Source of the DNA: Eledone cirrhosa
Lineage: Eukaryota
Direction of reading: 5' to 3'
DNA length: 64,000 nt
Assembly: GCA_964016885.1 (NCBI GenBank)
Contig: OZ024747.1
Location: 11,036,001 to 11,100,000, forward strand
Below, piece after piece: positions 42,649 through 57,744 of this stretch. Every line of letters begins with the position of its first letter. Positions within the stretch are counted from its first letter, which is position 1. Under the pieces are notes generated by a model that saw nothing but the letters and a program-made list of their open reading frames with translations, did not search any database and was not told where the DNA came from. Made by a program: the position numbers and the translations under genes.

Positions 42649-42697
42649 GTGCGTGTGTGTGTATGTATGTATATATATATATGTGTGTGTGTGTATG

Positions 42698-42779
<82 letters not shown>

Positions 42780-42808
42780 ACGTATATATAATATATATAA
42801 TATATATG

Positions 42809-42843
<35 letters not shown>

Positions 42844-42902
42844 GAGTGTATATATATATATATACACTCATATATATACACAAACACACACACACACATA
42901 TA

Positions 42903-42972
<70 letters not shown>

Positions 42973-43012
42973 TATATATATGTATATATGTATGTATATA
43001 TATATGTATATA

Positions 43013-43061
<49 letters not shown>

Positions 43062-43408
43062 CACGTCTTTTCCCTTTCTAACTTCTTCTTTTCTGGATTA
43101 TATTTATTTATTTACTTCGTTCTCCCTTCTTTATAACCCTTAAGTACTTCTTTTTTTCTCTCCTCCTCTCCCTTTTTTTCTCCTTCATCTTCTTCATCAG
43201 GGGACATATTGTTTGTTAAGTTAAAACCGACTTTTTTTAGCCGATTCGGCTTGTATGCCCCCAAAATGAGATTTTGACATATATATATATATATATATGT
43301 AAAAGTTCTATTTAAATTGTTGGGATACAACAAGCAAATATTTTTATAACTGATATAAAGCACTCAACAAATAATTGGAGTAAAAAATATATAAATATAT
43401 ATATATAT

Positions 43409-43602
43409 ATAGGAAAGAGTAGGACCCCGACGGCTGAGCTCAAGCCGTTTCGACGGCTAATTCTGGACTAAATTAGCCGTCGAAACGGCTTGAGCTCAGC
43501 CGTCGGGGTCCTACTCTTTCCTATTACCCACTCTACTACCCTAAGTATTGAGTACTTTGGTGCGTTATGGTCCACCTGGTTCCTTACCACATTTCCTTCG
43601 TT
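43409..43602. mobile_element. Fold-back short element (~52-bp perfect arms plus tail)
   Basis: AGGAAAGAGTAGGACCCCGACGGC...GCTAATT / AATTAGC...CTACTCTTTCCT. Tail shared with 121-258 and 17605-17750. Confidence 0.88.
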
Positions 43603-43834
43603 ATATATATATATATATATATATATCCAGGGAGTGTAACTTGGAGTTACTGTAGGTTCACCCGAGTGAGCACTCGATGTTTAGGCTCACTTCAGTGTCG
43701 AGGTGTAGAGCTAGACAGAGTGTATTATAGGGAAATAAAATAAGAAGGACGATTGGTTACTCCTTCATTACGTTTATTGGTTGGTGACGCGCGTTTCGCC
43801 ACTGATCAGCTCAAGGTTCGATCTGTATATATAA

Positions 43835-43870
<36 letters not shown>

Positions 43871-43987
43871 GGTATTTCCGTAGAAAAGGTAAAGGAAAGA
43901 ATAGTGCTCTATGTATAGTACCATAATTATTCCATTACCCAAGGTTTTAGGAAACTAGACGATCCCTACAGAAGCGTCCAGCTCGTT

Positions 43988-44257
<270 letters not shown>

Positions 44258-44270
44258 GTATATATATATG

Positions 44271-44558
<288 letters not shown>

Positions 44559-45060
44559 CTTTGAAGTATTTTACTCGATTTTCGAAAACTATTATCATTT
44601 ATACATACATATACATACACACACATGTATAGATATACATACACACACTTGTACACATATACATACACACACTTGTACATGTACATATGTACACATATAC
44701 ATACACACACTTGTACACATATACATACACACACATATACATTACTGACGAACACTCGTTACCACGTACACATACACACACATGCACCACAGGCTCTATT
44801 AACATACATCCCCATCACGTCTGAATCCTTATCTCTCCTGTTTTCACTCATTAACTGTTGAAAAACCTTTCTGACCTATTCTGACGTCACATGTGCTCCA
44901 CGTGGCTGTTCGGCATTTTCATTTTTTTCTCTTTTGATATTTTTCATTTTATTTCTCCATTTTCCCATTTTCCCGCTCTTTTTTTAATGAAAGACTGACA
45001 CCCGAAACGTTGCACATGTTATTATTTTATGCACTTTAAGAGTTAAATGTATCAGTTGTA

Positions 45061-45122
<62 letters not shown>

Positions 45123-45123
<1 letters not shown>

Positions 45124-45278
45124 TGTATTTCGAAGACGCTACTATTTTCCTAAAATAAGTCTCAAAAATCTACCGTGAGTCCTGGAGGTCGAAGGTTGTT
45201 TATTATTTTTTCAAATTTTTGGTTGTCAAAGTTAGGGTGCGTTCTCGAGGACGAGGCGTCTTCGGCACCGGGAAATAC

Positions 45279-45280
<2 letters not shown>
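45123..45280. mobile_element. Tc1/pogo-type MITE remnant in (TA)n
   Basis: Ends CTGTATTTC / GAAATACGG with TA on both sides. Confidence 0.65.
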
Positions 45281-45374
<94 letters not shown>

Positions 45375-45472
45375 TATAGATATATACTTATATACTTATA
45401 TATATATATATATACTTATATACTTATATATATATATACTTATATACTTATATATATATATACTTATATACT

Positions 45473-45712
<240 letters not shown>

Positions 45713-45794
45713 TATTGAAGTTTCCGATGCAAATTGAAAAAGTCATAGGAGTGAAGTGTGCTCTATGTAAGTTACAGAGCTAAATATATATATA

Positions 45795-47912
45795 TACACA
45801 GGTTCTTCAAGTCATACGGCCTATCCGTAACTATGGACCTCAGCCACAAGGTTGTCAACTTCCTGGACGTCACCCTGGAGTTGAGTACGGGCTTATACAA
45901 GCCATACCATAAGCCTGGAGAGTGCCCCTCTTATATTAATTATGCCTCCAACCACCCTAAGCAGACTCTCAACTCCATAGTCTATAGTATCTCACATAGA
46001 ATCTCGAGGCTATCCGCCAATGAGGATATCTTCAACCAAGCGGCTGATTACTACAATAGGGCCTTGATAAGCGCCGGCTTTAACCGAGGAATTTCCTACA
46101 TCCCTAACGCTAGCTCTAGAAACCACCACCCCTCATAAAACGAACGTTATAATAAGCCATACCTATAACCGATCACGCGGCGATCTCGTTGATGTCGGAT
46201 ATAATAGAATAGATAACCGCACTAAAGATCACGATCCCGACGACGGTGACCACTGTAGATTACTCGAACTATTCCCCTATTACAAAACCAACAAAGGCGA
46301 CGGCCTACTACCAACGCCTTCCAACCAACATCATCTTCCTGTACGTAAACATAGAAGAGGTAGGAAGAGTGCACCCGAGCATAAAGTGAAAGGGGAACCG
46401 AACGGGCGACTGCGCATTAACACACATAATAGCGGTCACCTAGATGGAACCACCCGTAGCAAACGTACAAGGACACGTAATCGCTACCGTAACGTCCTAT
46501 GGTTCCACCCCCACCCCTACTCTCGGAGTGTGGCCTCCAACATACCCCGGATGTTCTTCGAAGCCTTAGTGAAGAACTTCCCGCCCAACCATAGGTATAG
46601 AAAAATTCTTAATAGGAACAATATAAAAATATCCTTCTCTACTACTCCTAACCTAGCAGACATCATAGGAACAACGAACCACAGTAAGATCACCAAGACA
46701 CAGCACCTCGACACAGACGCACCTACACCTGACAATAACTATTGGCAGCATCCAATAGTGTTGGCAACGGCATCCGCAGACGCAACTAGCATAACCGCGA
46801 AATGACTGGAGAACATGCAGGACATGACGTGCGCATTAACAATCGCACCACCCCACGTGCTGTGGGTTGTAATGGTGCTAACGACAGCTGCGATAGCGTG
46901 GGTAACAACGTAGGCAGCAACAATGATAGCCTTACCGTGGGAAATAGACGGAACCGCGACAGAAATTGCAACTGCCGCGACAGAGGACGCTGCCCCCTTA
47001 GAGGATACTGCTTGACTGATAGGTTATATATAGATGCACTATAACTAGCCACAATAGCGTTAAACATTATATAGGGGCTACCTCAGGCCCGTTCAAAATT
47101 AGGTTTCGAACACATCTCCACTCTTTCACAAATAAAAAACTAAGACATTCCACTTCGCTCGCGGACTACATCACATCACTAAAGGACTTAAACATCAGCT
47201 TCTCCGCGCACTGGGATATTGTCGGCAGGGCTGCACCGTACAACTTCAAGAGGAAATGCGATCTTTGCCTCATGGAGCTCTACCACATCATAACTGCACC
47301 CCACGAGCTCATCAACAGCAGAGCTGAAACAGCGATAAGTTGTACACATCGCTTAAAAATATCCTTCTTCAGATGGGTTAAGGATGAGGAGTAAAACCGT
47401 GCACCGGATCTCCCTGCAACAAGTCTTAACACCCCAGCGGGCAGGCGCTGCAAAATAACACCCAGGAAACTATCCTTGCATACCAGACCCAGTCTCAAAC
47501 GACTCAGACAAATAGATACGGCCAAAAAAACTCTCATAATAAGCGTTGATTACATGCGTATCGACAATGGTATCGAGGCGGATAAAAAGTTTTTCCGGGA
47601 AAGACTGCCCTAACACCGGCCAGAGTTACCTCCCTTGACCTGCTGCAAAATCAAAACAAGCTATTTTTGCGAGCAATGAACCTTGACGTGGATTTAAACC
47701 CCAAAACTCTTTCCGAGCAAAGTAAGGAACACTTTTGATTATTTATGCCCTTGAGAAGCCCAACTGGGCGAAACGTACGTAGGTGCTGTTTAAAATAAAC
47801 ATGTTTTAACGGTATATTCTCCGATTTCTTACTTTCCCACGTGCTTACGCTCTGCTAACTCTCTAGCCCACTAAATATTAACACTTCGAATATTTAATAC
47901 TGCCGGCACTAG
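45795..47912 (+). mobile_element. Penelope-like element, 5'-truncated (RT thumb, CxC..CPLxGxC linker, C-terminal GIY-YIG endonuclease), disrupted
   Basis: VNFLDVTL..STGLYKPYHKP..YINYASNHP; NVLWF.P.PYS; CNCRDRGRCPLRGYCL; after a frameshift YRCTIT...HYIGATSGPFKIRFRTH...KCDLCLME...LINSRAE, stop at ~47393. 3' hammerhead present, flanked by (TA)n. Confidence 0.93.
47747..47786 (+). ncRNA. Hammerhead motif with U3-A8 core in the Penelope-like 3' end
   Basis: GCCC-TTGAGAA-GCCC-AACT-GGGC-GAAA-CGTACG-TA-GG, with AATAAA about 12 nt later. Helix I is short. Confidence 0.7.
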
Positions 47913-48006
47913 TATCGAGCACCTTTGGCATACGCTACTTGGCAAATAACTATATGTATCACCTATCCTCCCCCCCTTTTTTTTTCTCTCTCTCGATACG
48001 TAAATA

Positions 48007-48108
<102 letters not shown>

Positions 48109-48303
48109 ATTTTTTTCTCGCGAGTCAGTTCTTTCGTTGCTACGGTCCCCGCGGCTGAATTACCGGTCGCTATCTTCAATTTGCAAAGCCCTTTAAACGG
48201 AATGTTATTACTCTTATACCTTATCGAGTGCTTGGCTGCACTTCTGATTGCATTCGTTGGCTTAGCTGCGGCTCGAGCTTCGACTATGCTGTACTTTCAT
48301 TTG

Positions 48304-48367
<64 letters not shown>

Positions 48368-48652
48368 TTTTTAAAGATATATTTATCAAACTTGGGCAGT
48401 TTGTCTTCATGACTTGTTCTTTCGATCTTACTCGATAAACCCGTCATAGGTAGGTTACACACTTGTAAAAATTATCTCCTGTGATTATTCATGTTTATAT
48501 ATATGTTAATCAATTTCTAGTTATTATAAAATGCTCGGACCTACTCGTTAGAATCTTAGAGCTTATTTTCCGGGTGATATGACGCATGCCTTTCTGGCAT
48601 GACACCCATAATTTTGATTTAGATTAAATTCATTTAATTTATCTTAATTTTG

Positions 48653-48748
<96 letters not shown>

Positions 48749-50108
48749 CATTTATATATATTTATACACATACACACACAGACATATATGTATATATATG
48801 TATATACATTTATATATATTTATACATATACACACACAGACATATATATGTGTGTGTGTGTGTGTGTGTATACATATATATATACACACATATACACACT
48901 GACAAATGGTAAGTCAGTGGTAAACCTTCTACCCAGAAGAACCTTCAGAAGCTCAACAAAAGCAACGGAACTTCACAAAGACATCGATGGAATGAAACGA
49001 ACACTAGTTAGTTTCGACTATCCTATATTCTAATATGTTGGTAGACCAAATTATATACAACACAAATGCAAATTGAAGACGATAAATACAAGAAATAGAA
49101 GAACCATTAATATAAAAAATATAGAAAAGTCTACAATTTATAAAATAGATGAATACTTTATCTAAAACACGTATCAAACAGAACACAGCTACCATTATAC
49201 TCAATCATTAAGTAGTATTAATAATACATTATGAAAACACATAAAATTAAAAATCTCTACATCAACAACACAAACCACAAGCCTATAAGCCGCTGAATAA
49301 AATTTAGATGACTAATGTAATTTACAAATTCATAAGAGAACTGGCAACTTGTAAAATTCATGACTCTTAACTATTGTTTTTGATGTTACACGTAACACTC
49401 TCGTCGGCAGACCACGACATATCTACAAAGAGGAGGCGTCATTTTAATAACTTATTATATCACACCACAACAACGTCTTCTTCCCTCCTTACATCTCTCT
49501 CTCTCTCCATTTTCTCCTTCCTTGCTTCATTCATTCAGTCATTTATTCTTTCATTCTTGCCTTCCTTGAGGTCTCGACTCATGTTAGAGTCGTAGTGACG
49601 CCTTCATGATATTTTAGATGCGGCGAGGAGAAACCCATCACTCTACATATCCGACCACAACTGATTACTTCCAGGGACAGACAGACAGACAGAAAGAAAG
49701 AAACAAACAAACAAACAAACAAACAAAGGAAAAAGAATAAGAACGAACGAATTTATCGACCCCAAATAGATGAAAAGTAACAGCAACCGGTGTGTAATTT
49801 GAACTAAGACAACAGAGACGGTACAAACCTCTCCCAGCCTTATAGCCAACGCTCTAACGACTCTGTCTATTTGAAATATTCAATACCTTACAATAGAAAA
49901 CAAAACTAGTCAGAAAAACATTAGTGGATAACATATATGTCTTATATAGAATCTCTGTATGGACCAGCGACTCATGGTAAAGTCGTAAGGACTGAACATT
50001 ATAAACCTGCTGGAGTTGATCCCTTCTTCGTGTCTAAACACAGCCAATTTCTTTCAGAGAAAGAGAGGGAGATAGATAGATAGATAGATAGATACATAGA
50101 TAGATAAC

Positions 50109-52738
50109 TTTCTTTTTATTTGCCACCAAGGCATCAAAAAGTGGGACAAGTACAATGGGGGGAGTTTACATAACAAGGCGTCCCCAATAAGGAGGAGGCA
50201 ATAACAAAATATAAAAATAAAATAAAATATAACAATAAATTTTATAACAAAATTTTATAACAAAATCCTCAATAGAGAGGAGGCGCCTTGGGGGCTCGCA
50301 CCCCCCCCCCCCCGAAAAAAGTGTGCAACCCTTCTCCTCAGGCGCACAGAGAGGGGGTGCTCCCTTGATCTTTCATCTTCCTCACCTATAGTCTGATGTA
50401 GAGTGAAGGCCTATTCACACGGGCCATTCTCGCCACTTTCACCCATCTTTCATAAAAACAGCTGGGGTGCAGCACCTCTCTCTCCATCCTGATCCTTCTT
50501 CTGAAATGATATCGAAAGAAACGGACCAGTTGTTGGCCAGAGAGAAAGGTGTCTGACCTCAGTCCTTTCAGACGCGTCCACCATACAACCTTTTTCGCCA
50601 TGGCTATTACGCACAGAAACACCGTCTCTCCTTCGTTTTTGAAGAGGGGAGGCGGCTTGATCGTTACAATAGACTCGGTGGTCAACCGGATCGGTCCTAC
50701 CCTTGACAGCAGTTGTTCGACATAGCCCCACAGATAAGCAATGCCCGAGCAGTGTACCAATGCGTGTGCAACGGTTTCCTCGTCGCACACGCATCTGGGA
50801 CAGATCTTTTTCGATGGGTCTCTACCCGGGCGCCCATGTCTGTAGAGCTTTCTCGAACGGGCAGAGCCCCTCGGTAGCACTGCCAGGCCAGGGACCTCTG
50901 GAAGTTATCCATGGGTCCCGGGCTGAATGTCCTACCGAACAGGTTGGCCAGTTCATCTTCCTCCATGCCTAGGGCTTCTCCGAGGGCGTCGTCGCACCTG
51001 CTAACCACCAGCCCTCTATAGAATGACGAGGTGGATTCTCCACTGACAGCCGGGTCCGCCTGCCAGAGAGCCGTGAGCGCCTGAGCACACTCGGTGTGCC
51101 AGGCGCCCAGTTTTCTCGGTCTTTGCTTGACCCAGGATTGCAGCTCGGTGAGTGAGACGAGTCTGGGAAAGGCTCGCCTCACAAACGGGGCCCACACCGG
51201 TTGACCGGTGAGGAATACCTGGAGGTGCCGTAGCCTTAATGCGTGTTTACGTATCATTAGCCACGGCATTCCCATCCCTCCTTTCGAAGGGTGTTGACAG
51301 CAGATGGATCTCTTCACCATAGGAGCCCGCTTCTTCCAAAGGAATTGGAAGAGTGCGCGCTCCATTTTGGCGAGCGTTTCCCTTGGGCAAGGCACAACGG
51401 TCAGGCGGTAATAGATGACGGACGCTATATAAGTGTTCGCCACCTCCGCCCGACCTTTCAGGGACAGTTTGCACTCGCCCCACTTCTGGGTCAGTGCAAA
51501 CACCTTGTTTGTTACCTCACCCCAGTTCTTCTCCACCTGGAGGTCTGGTCCGAACCAGATCCCGAGCAACTTCACCGGGCCCTCCGTCCAGCGCCCGACG
51601 GCGCCATCGGAGGGCATCGATCTGCCCCTCCACGTGCCGAGTTGCAGACCGATCGACTTGTCCCGGTTCAGCTTAGCCCCTGTAAACCTTTCGTACTCCT
51701 CCAGTAAGGTGCCGATCGCCCCGATTTCGGAGGCCGTCGACACCATTACTGTTACGTCATCGGCGTAGGCCGACACCGCTTTCCGCAATCCCGGTTCCAA
51801 CGGGATGCCCTGCAACAACTCCAACTTCCGCAGTAGTGGCTCTAGAGTCATTACATACAGAAGGGAGGAGAGAGGGCACCCTTGTCGGATGGACCGCGCG
51901 ATTTCGAACGGCTCCGAAAGGTAGCCGTTCACCTTGACCCTAGAGCAGATGCGGCTGCTGTGCATGGAATTGATCCAGCCCCTGAAAACGGGTCCGAAGC
52001 CTGCCGCCGCTAGCATCGCATCCAGGTAACCATGGTCGACCCTATCGAACGCCTTAGATTGATCCAAGTTGATCAGAGCCCCACCAAAGCCGGGTTCGTT
52101 CCCAACCCTCTCTATGATGTATCGCATGAGGTGGAGGTTGTCGTGGATGGACCTGGACGGGATAGCACACGTCTGCGCATCTCCCACCAGGTTGCTCACG
52201 ACAAGCGCCAACCTCTTTGCTAGCACCTTGGCCAAAATCTGTAACTCTGTATTTAGCAGAGTTATGGGCCTGAAATTATTTATATCGTCCCCCTTGTTCT
52301 CGTCCTTCCTCACTACCGTGACTACGCCCTTGGTCACAGCACAGGGAATTCTCCCGTTCTGTTGCCAGTTGCAGTAGACCGCCTCGAGGAGATCGGGGAA
52401 CAAGTCTGGCATAGCTAGATATAGTTCGTATGGAAGACCATCGAGACCCGGGGATTTGCGTTTGCCGCATTGGCTCAGCACGTCCTCTATCTCAGCGGCT
52501 GAAATCGGCTCCTTGCAGGACTTCGCCTCCCTGTCCGAGAGACGCGGCAGGCCGTCGAGGTATGGACCGAAGTCCACTTCTCCAACCGGCTCCCCGCCCC
52601 TTCCGAACAATCTGGCAAAGTGCTTTTGAAAAGCCTCGCACATCTGCTTAGGCTCAAGGATCACCCGTCCATCCTGGTCTCGCAAAGACCGGATAGTAGA
52701 TCTACTCCCTCTTTTGACTTCTGTCACGCGGGCCCAGC
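50109..52738 (-). mobile_element. L1/Tx1-clade retrotransposon, 5'-truncated, with complete RT domain and CCHC, in (GATA)n
   Basis: KSPGLDGLPYELY, NFRPITLLN, LDQSKAFDRV, RQGCPLS, AYADDV, CPRC..ETVAHALVHC. One 1-bp frameshift near 50850 relative to the 59-kb copy. Confidence 0.97.
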
Positions 52739-53448
52739 TAACAGATAGATAGATAGAGAGGAGGGGGGTAGATAGATAGAGAGGGGAGGTGAGAAAGAGA
52801 TATAAAGGAAGAATCAACCCCAGAATTAGACTGGTAATTTTTTTATCGACCTGGAAAGGATGAAAAGCGTAGTTGACTTTGGCAGGAATTGAAGTGAGAA
52901 GTGAGAGAGAGAGAGAGAGAGAGAGAGAGTGTGTGTGTGGGAGAGAGAGAGAAGAAACAGCAGAAGGCAATCTATCCTACGTTCTAACAGCTCTGACAAT
53001 GCGCCACCTGTCTTATAATAAATAGATAAAAGAGAAAAGTCTAAAAGATTAATCATGGAAGGAGGTAGATCAACAGCAAAATATAATATAACGTAAAATC
53101 CAACAGAGAGAGAGAGAGAGTGTGTGTGTGAGAGAGAGAGTGTGTGTGGGGGGGGGGGGGGGTGAGAGAGAGGGGGGGGGTGAGAGAGAGAGTTTGTTGA
53201 ACCTGGCAACAGAATAATAGCAATAACTACATCTAAGCTATGATATGATTGATGACAGAAGCATGGCGTCAATATTCAAGTAAGCCAGCAATATAGAGAT
53301 AGATAGATAGATAGATAGATAGAGAGAGAGACAGACAGACTCTTTAATTTTGAGAGGAATTTCTTGTATCTACCCCAGGCCCCAGTAATCATGTTTCGCC
53401 TTGTAAAATTATTTTCGAAAACCTTAGTTGACGTAGGGAAAAATACGG

Positions 53449-54508
53449 TATACCTTCAGTATTTTATACCTGTTGGAGCCCTTCCCTCCCTAGGTCTAGA
53501 CACAGCCACATACGACATACCTTCAGCATTTTAAACCTGACAGAGCCCTTTCCTCCCTAGGTCTAGACACAGCCACATACGACATACCTTCAGTATTTTA
53601 AACCTGACAGAGCCCTTTCCTCTCTAGGTCTAGACACAGCCACATATGACATACCTTCAGTATTTTAAACCTGACAGAGCCCTTTCCTCCCTAGGTCTAG
53701 ACACAGCCACATACGACATACCTTCAGTATTTTAAACCTGACAGAGCCCTTTCCTCTCTAGGTCTAGACACAGCCACATACGACATACCTTCAGTATTTT
53801 AAACCTGACAGAGCCCTTTCCTCTCTAGGTCTGGACACAGCCACATATGACATACCTTCAGTATTTTAAACCTGACAGAGCCCTTTCCTCTCTAGGTCTA
53901 GACACAGCCACATACGACATACCTTCAGCATTTTAAACCTGACAGAGCCCTTTCCTCCCTAGGTCTAGACACAGCCACATACGACATACCTTCAGTATTT
54001 TAAACCTGACAGAGCCCTTTCCTCTCTAGGTCTAGACACAGCCACATATGACATACCTTCAGTATTTTAAACCTGACAGAGCCCTTTCCTCTCTAGGTCT
54101 AGACACAGCCACATACGACATACCTTCAGTATTTTAAACCTGACAGAGCCCTTTCCTCTCTAGGTCTAGACACAGCCACATATGACATACCTTCAGTATT
54201 TTAAACCTGACAGAGCCCTTTCCTCCCTAGGTCTGGACACAGTCACATACGACATACCTTCAGTATTTTAAACCTGACAGAGCCCTTTCCTCTCTAGGTC
54301 TGGACACAGCCACATATGACATACCTTCAGTATTTTAAACCTGACAGAGCCCTTTCCTCTCTAGGTCTAGACACAGCCACATACGACATACCTTCAGTAT
54401 TTTAAACCTGACAGAGCCCTTCCCTCTCTAGGTCTGGACACAGTCACATACGACATACCTTCAGTATTTTAAACCTGACAGAGCCCTTCCCTCTCTAGGT
54501 CTGGACAC
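53449..54508. repeat. 67-bp minisatellite, ~16 copies
   Basis: Unit GACATACCTTCAGTATTTTAAACCTGACAGAGCCCTTTCCTCTCTAGGTCTAGACACAGCCACATAC, period 67 (53514 to 53581). Confidence 0.97.
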
Positions 54509-54639
54509 TGGAGATTTGTTCGGAGGAAAGAGGCGTTGATAAAATGAGTGCCAACCAAATACTAGAATCAATAGGCAATATCAATAGGCAATATCATGAA
54601 ATGAGATCTTGTACAGAAGCAATAATTTCATTTTTTTGC

Positions 54640-55160
54640 CATTTGTCCTTCTGGGGTGTTAAAATAAAGTACCAGGCAAGTACTGGAGTTTGTTTAATCA
54701 ACTTTGCCCCTCACCCCAAATTTGCTGACATTGTGCCTAAATTAGAGATCAATAAAGTGCTGTGGATCGGCAGAAATGGTAGATTGTTTGATAAAATACC
54801 AATGTGTTATTTCTTCTATGTTGAAATACGATCTAGGTCAACTTTACCTTTCATGTTTCTAGTGTTGATAAAATAAAATACCAGTCATACACTGGGCTTC
54901 ATGGACTCAACTTTCTCCATCCCCAACATTTGCTGGCCTTGTCCATCAATTAAATATCAATATTGGTTTTATTTTTAAGCAAGTAAAAGAAAGAAATGAC
55001 AGTGGATTGGCAGAGTCGTTAGAATATCGGATAGAATGCTTTATGGTACTTATTCCAGCTCTCTGATCTCTGAGTTCAAATCCCACCGAGGTCAACTTTG
55101 CTTTCTATCCATTCCAGGTCGATAAAAAAAAAACTACCTGTCAAGTACTGGGGTCGATTC
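54640..55160 (+). mobile_element. Cluster of three head-to-tail diverged SINE copies
   Basis: SINE core and tail motifs at ~54640-54750, 54760-54960 and 55000-55160. Confidence 0.75.
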
Positions 55161-55681
55161 TTCTTCTATGTGTCTTTCTCACCTCCACTCTCACTTTCTG
55201 TCCTTCTCTGGAAGAAATCTGCTCTAATCAGATCTGGGGAGGGATGGACTCCACCAGGCTTGAAATGTCCATGAAACACCGTATGTCGATATGGCGCCCT
55301 TCAGGAGTTAAGGGACCATACATGCAAGAGAGATAACTCAGTATATATTTCCACATATAACCCAGCACTCTACATTTTCTGCCAAACCATAGACTTTACC
55401 AGTTAAAATAATTTTATTTTAAGGAGCAAAACAAATAAAAACAAAAGAACGTAGACGATCGCCTGTTCGTGAGAATTTCGTTCGGTTTTAACACGCTTTA
55501 AGACGTATCTAAGAAGGGGGTTCTCTTTAGTGAAATCATCTGCTTAGCAACGAGCCATGAAGCGACTATCTTACTGTTTGATTATAAGATTAAATTTTGC
55601 TGATCTACAAATATGACATTTTCGCCCAATCAACAGATTTTATTATCAACGACATTCCATAGATTACACATACATGTATGC

Positions 55682-55763
<82 letters not shown>

Positions 55764-55861
55764 TTGTAATTACACACACACCCACATATATATATAAAGG
55801 AAAAAGAGAGCAAAAACAGCTTACCGGCAGAAAGACACACAGTTAGGTGAACTGACAATAT

Positions 55862-56192
55862 AGAGAATTATTAATAATTGTTTCTACAATAGGCACAAGG
55901 CCAGCAATTATCCCAGTGTATTACTGGTACTTTATTTTATCGACCCCCGTTAGGATGAAAGGCAAAGTTAACCTCGACGAGATTTGAACTAGAGAATTAT
56001 TAATAATTGTTTCTACTTTAGGCACAAGGCCAGCAATTACCCAGTGCCTTACTGGTACTTTATTTTATCGACCCCGTAAGGATGAAAGGCAAAGTCAACC
56101 TCGGCGGGACTTGAACTCAGATCGTAAAGGGACGTAACTATGCTGGAAAGCATGGCGTCCGACCCTCTACCGATACTACCAATCCACCGCGC
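55862..56192 (-). mobile_element. SINE with tandemly duplicated 3' half
   Basis: 55862-55990 repeats as 55990-56120. Head ends at 56192. Confidence 0.85.
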
Positions 56193-56519
56193 TGAGAAAT
56201 AATGAAAACGAAACATAGAATGTGATACGAAACACCAATAAAATACCAACGTAAATCCCTTCTGACAGACGAGAATGTTCCCTTGACATCCAGATATAAA
56301 AAAAAAATAAAGAAAGGGGAGGTAAAACAAATAACAAAGCCATCATTAATCAAATGTAAAGGTCTAAAATTAAGATATTGATTGGTGAGGGTAAAACAAA
56401 ACAAAACAAAACAAGAAATTAGAAGGAGCAGACGACAGTGGATTAAAAGAAAGAAAAAAGAAGCGTTGTTGAAAGCATTGCAAAATGACTGGCATTTAAC
56501 TTCCTGCTTGTGTGTGTTT

Positions 56520-56564
<45 letters not shown>

Positions 56565-56750
56565 GTGTGTGTGTGTAGAGAGAGAGAGAGATGTAAAGTC
56601 CCCACCGCGGCGCCAAGCATATACATATATACATACCTATATACATACACACACACACATATATATATATATGCATGCATATATACATACATTCATATAT
56701 ATACATACAAACATACATATGAACATGCACACATGCATACATACACACAT

Positions 56751-56812
<62 letters not shown>

Positions 56813-56980
56813 GGAGGAGGGGAGATTTTCCAAACGTGTTCATTAATCTTAAATAATAGAGGGGGGGGGGGGAGATATTATATTAGGGTCAACAGGAGGC
56901 AGTCCCTCTGTAAAATAAACCTCATGAAAAATCATGTGATCATATAAAGCGGATTAAGAAGATCAGTAACGGTGTTACTG

Positions 56981-57012
<32 letters not shown>

Positions 57013-57194
57013 GGTGGTGGTGGTGGTGCCTTTGTTGTTGTTGTTACTGTTGTTGCTGCTGTTGTTGTTGTTGTTGTTGTAGTTGTTCTTGTTCTTGTTG
57101 CTGCTGTAGTTGTTGTTGTTGCTGTTGTTGCTTTTGTTGTTGTTGTTGCTGCTGATGTTCTTGTTCTTGCTGTTCTTGTTCTTGTTGCTGCTGC

Positions 57195-57225
<31 letters not shown>

Positions 57226-57744
57226 GCTGTTTTTGTTGCTGTTGTTGCTGTTGTTGCTATTGTTGATGTTGTTGCTATTGCTTTTGTTGTTGTTGCTTTT
57301 GTTGTTGTTGTTGTTGTTGCTTTTGTTGTTGTTGTTGTTGCTGTTGCTGCTTTTGTTGTTGTTGCTGTTGTTGTTCTTGTTGTTGTTGTTGTTCTTGTTG
57401 TTGTTGTTGCTGCTGCTGCTATTTTTGTTGCTGTTGTTGCCTGTGTTGTTATTGTTGTTGCTGTTGTTGTTGTTGTTGTTGCTGCTGTTGTTGTTGCTGT
57501 TCTTGTTGCTTTTGTTGTTATTGTTGCTGTTCTTTTCCTATTGTTGTTGCTCTTGTTGCTGTTATTGATGTTGTTATTGTTGTTGTTGCTACTGTTGTTG
57601 TTATTGTTGTTGTTACTGTTGTTGTTATTGTTGCTGTTGCTCCCGTTGTTGTTATTGTTGCTGTTGTTTCTGTTGCTGACCTTTGCTGTTCGTTATTTGA
57701 AGTAACTGACACCATTTATTATACCTCTACGATTACATTGGTAG

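Noticed and set aside
52739-52970. N-terminal part of the 757-aa ORF
   Set aside because: Read-through into microsatellite and SINE flank. The retrotransposon is truncated at ~52738 and lacks its endonuclease.
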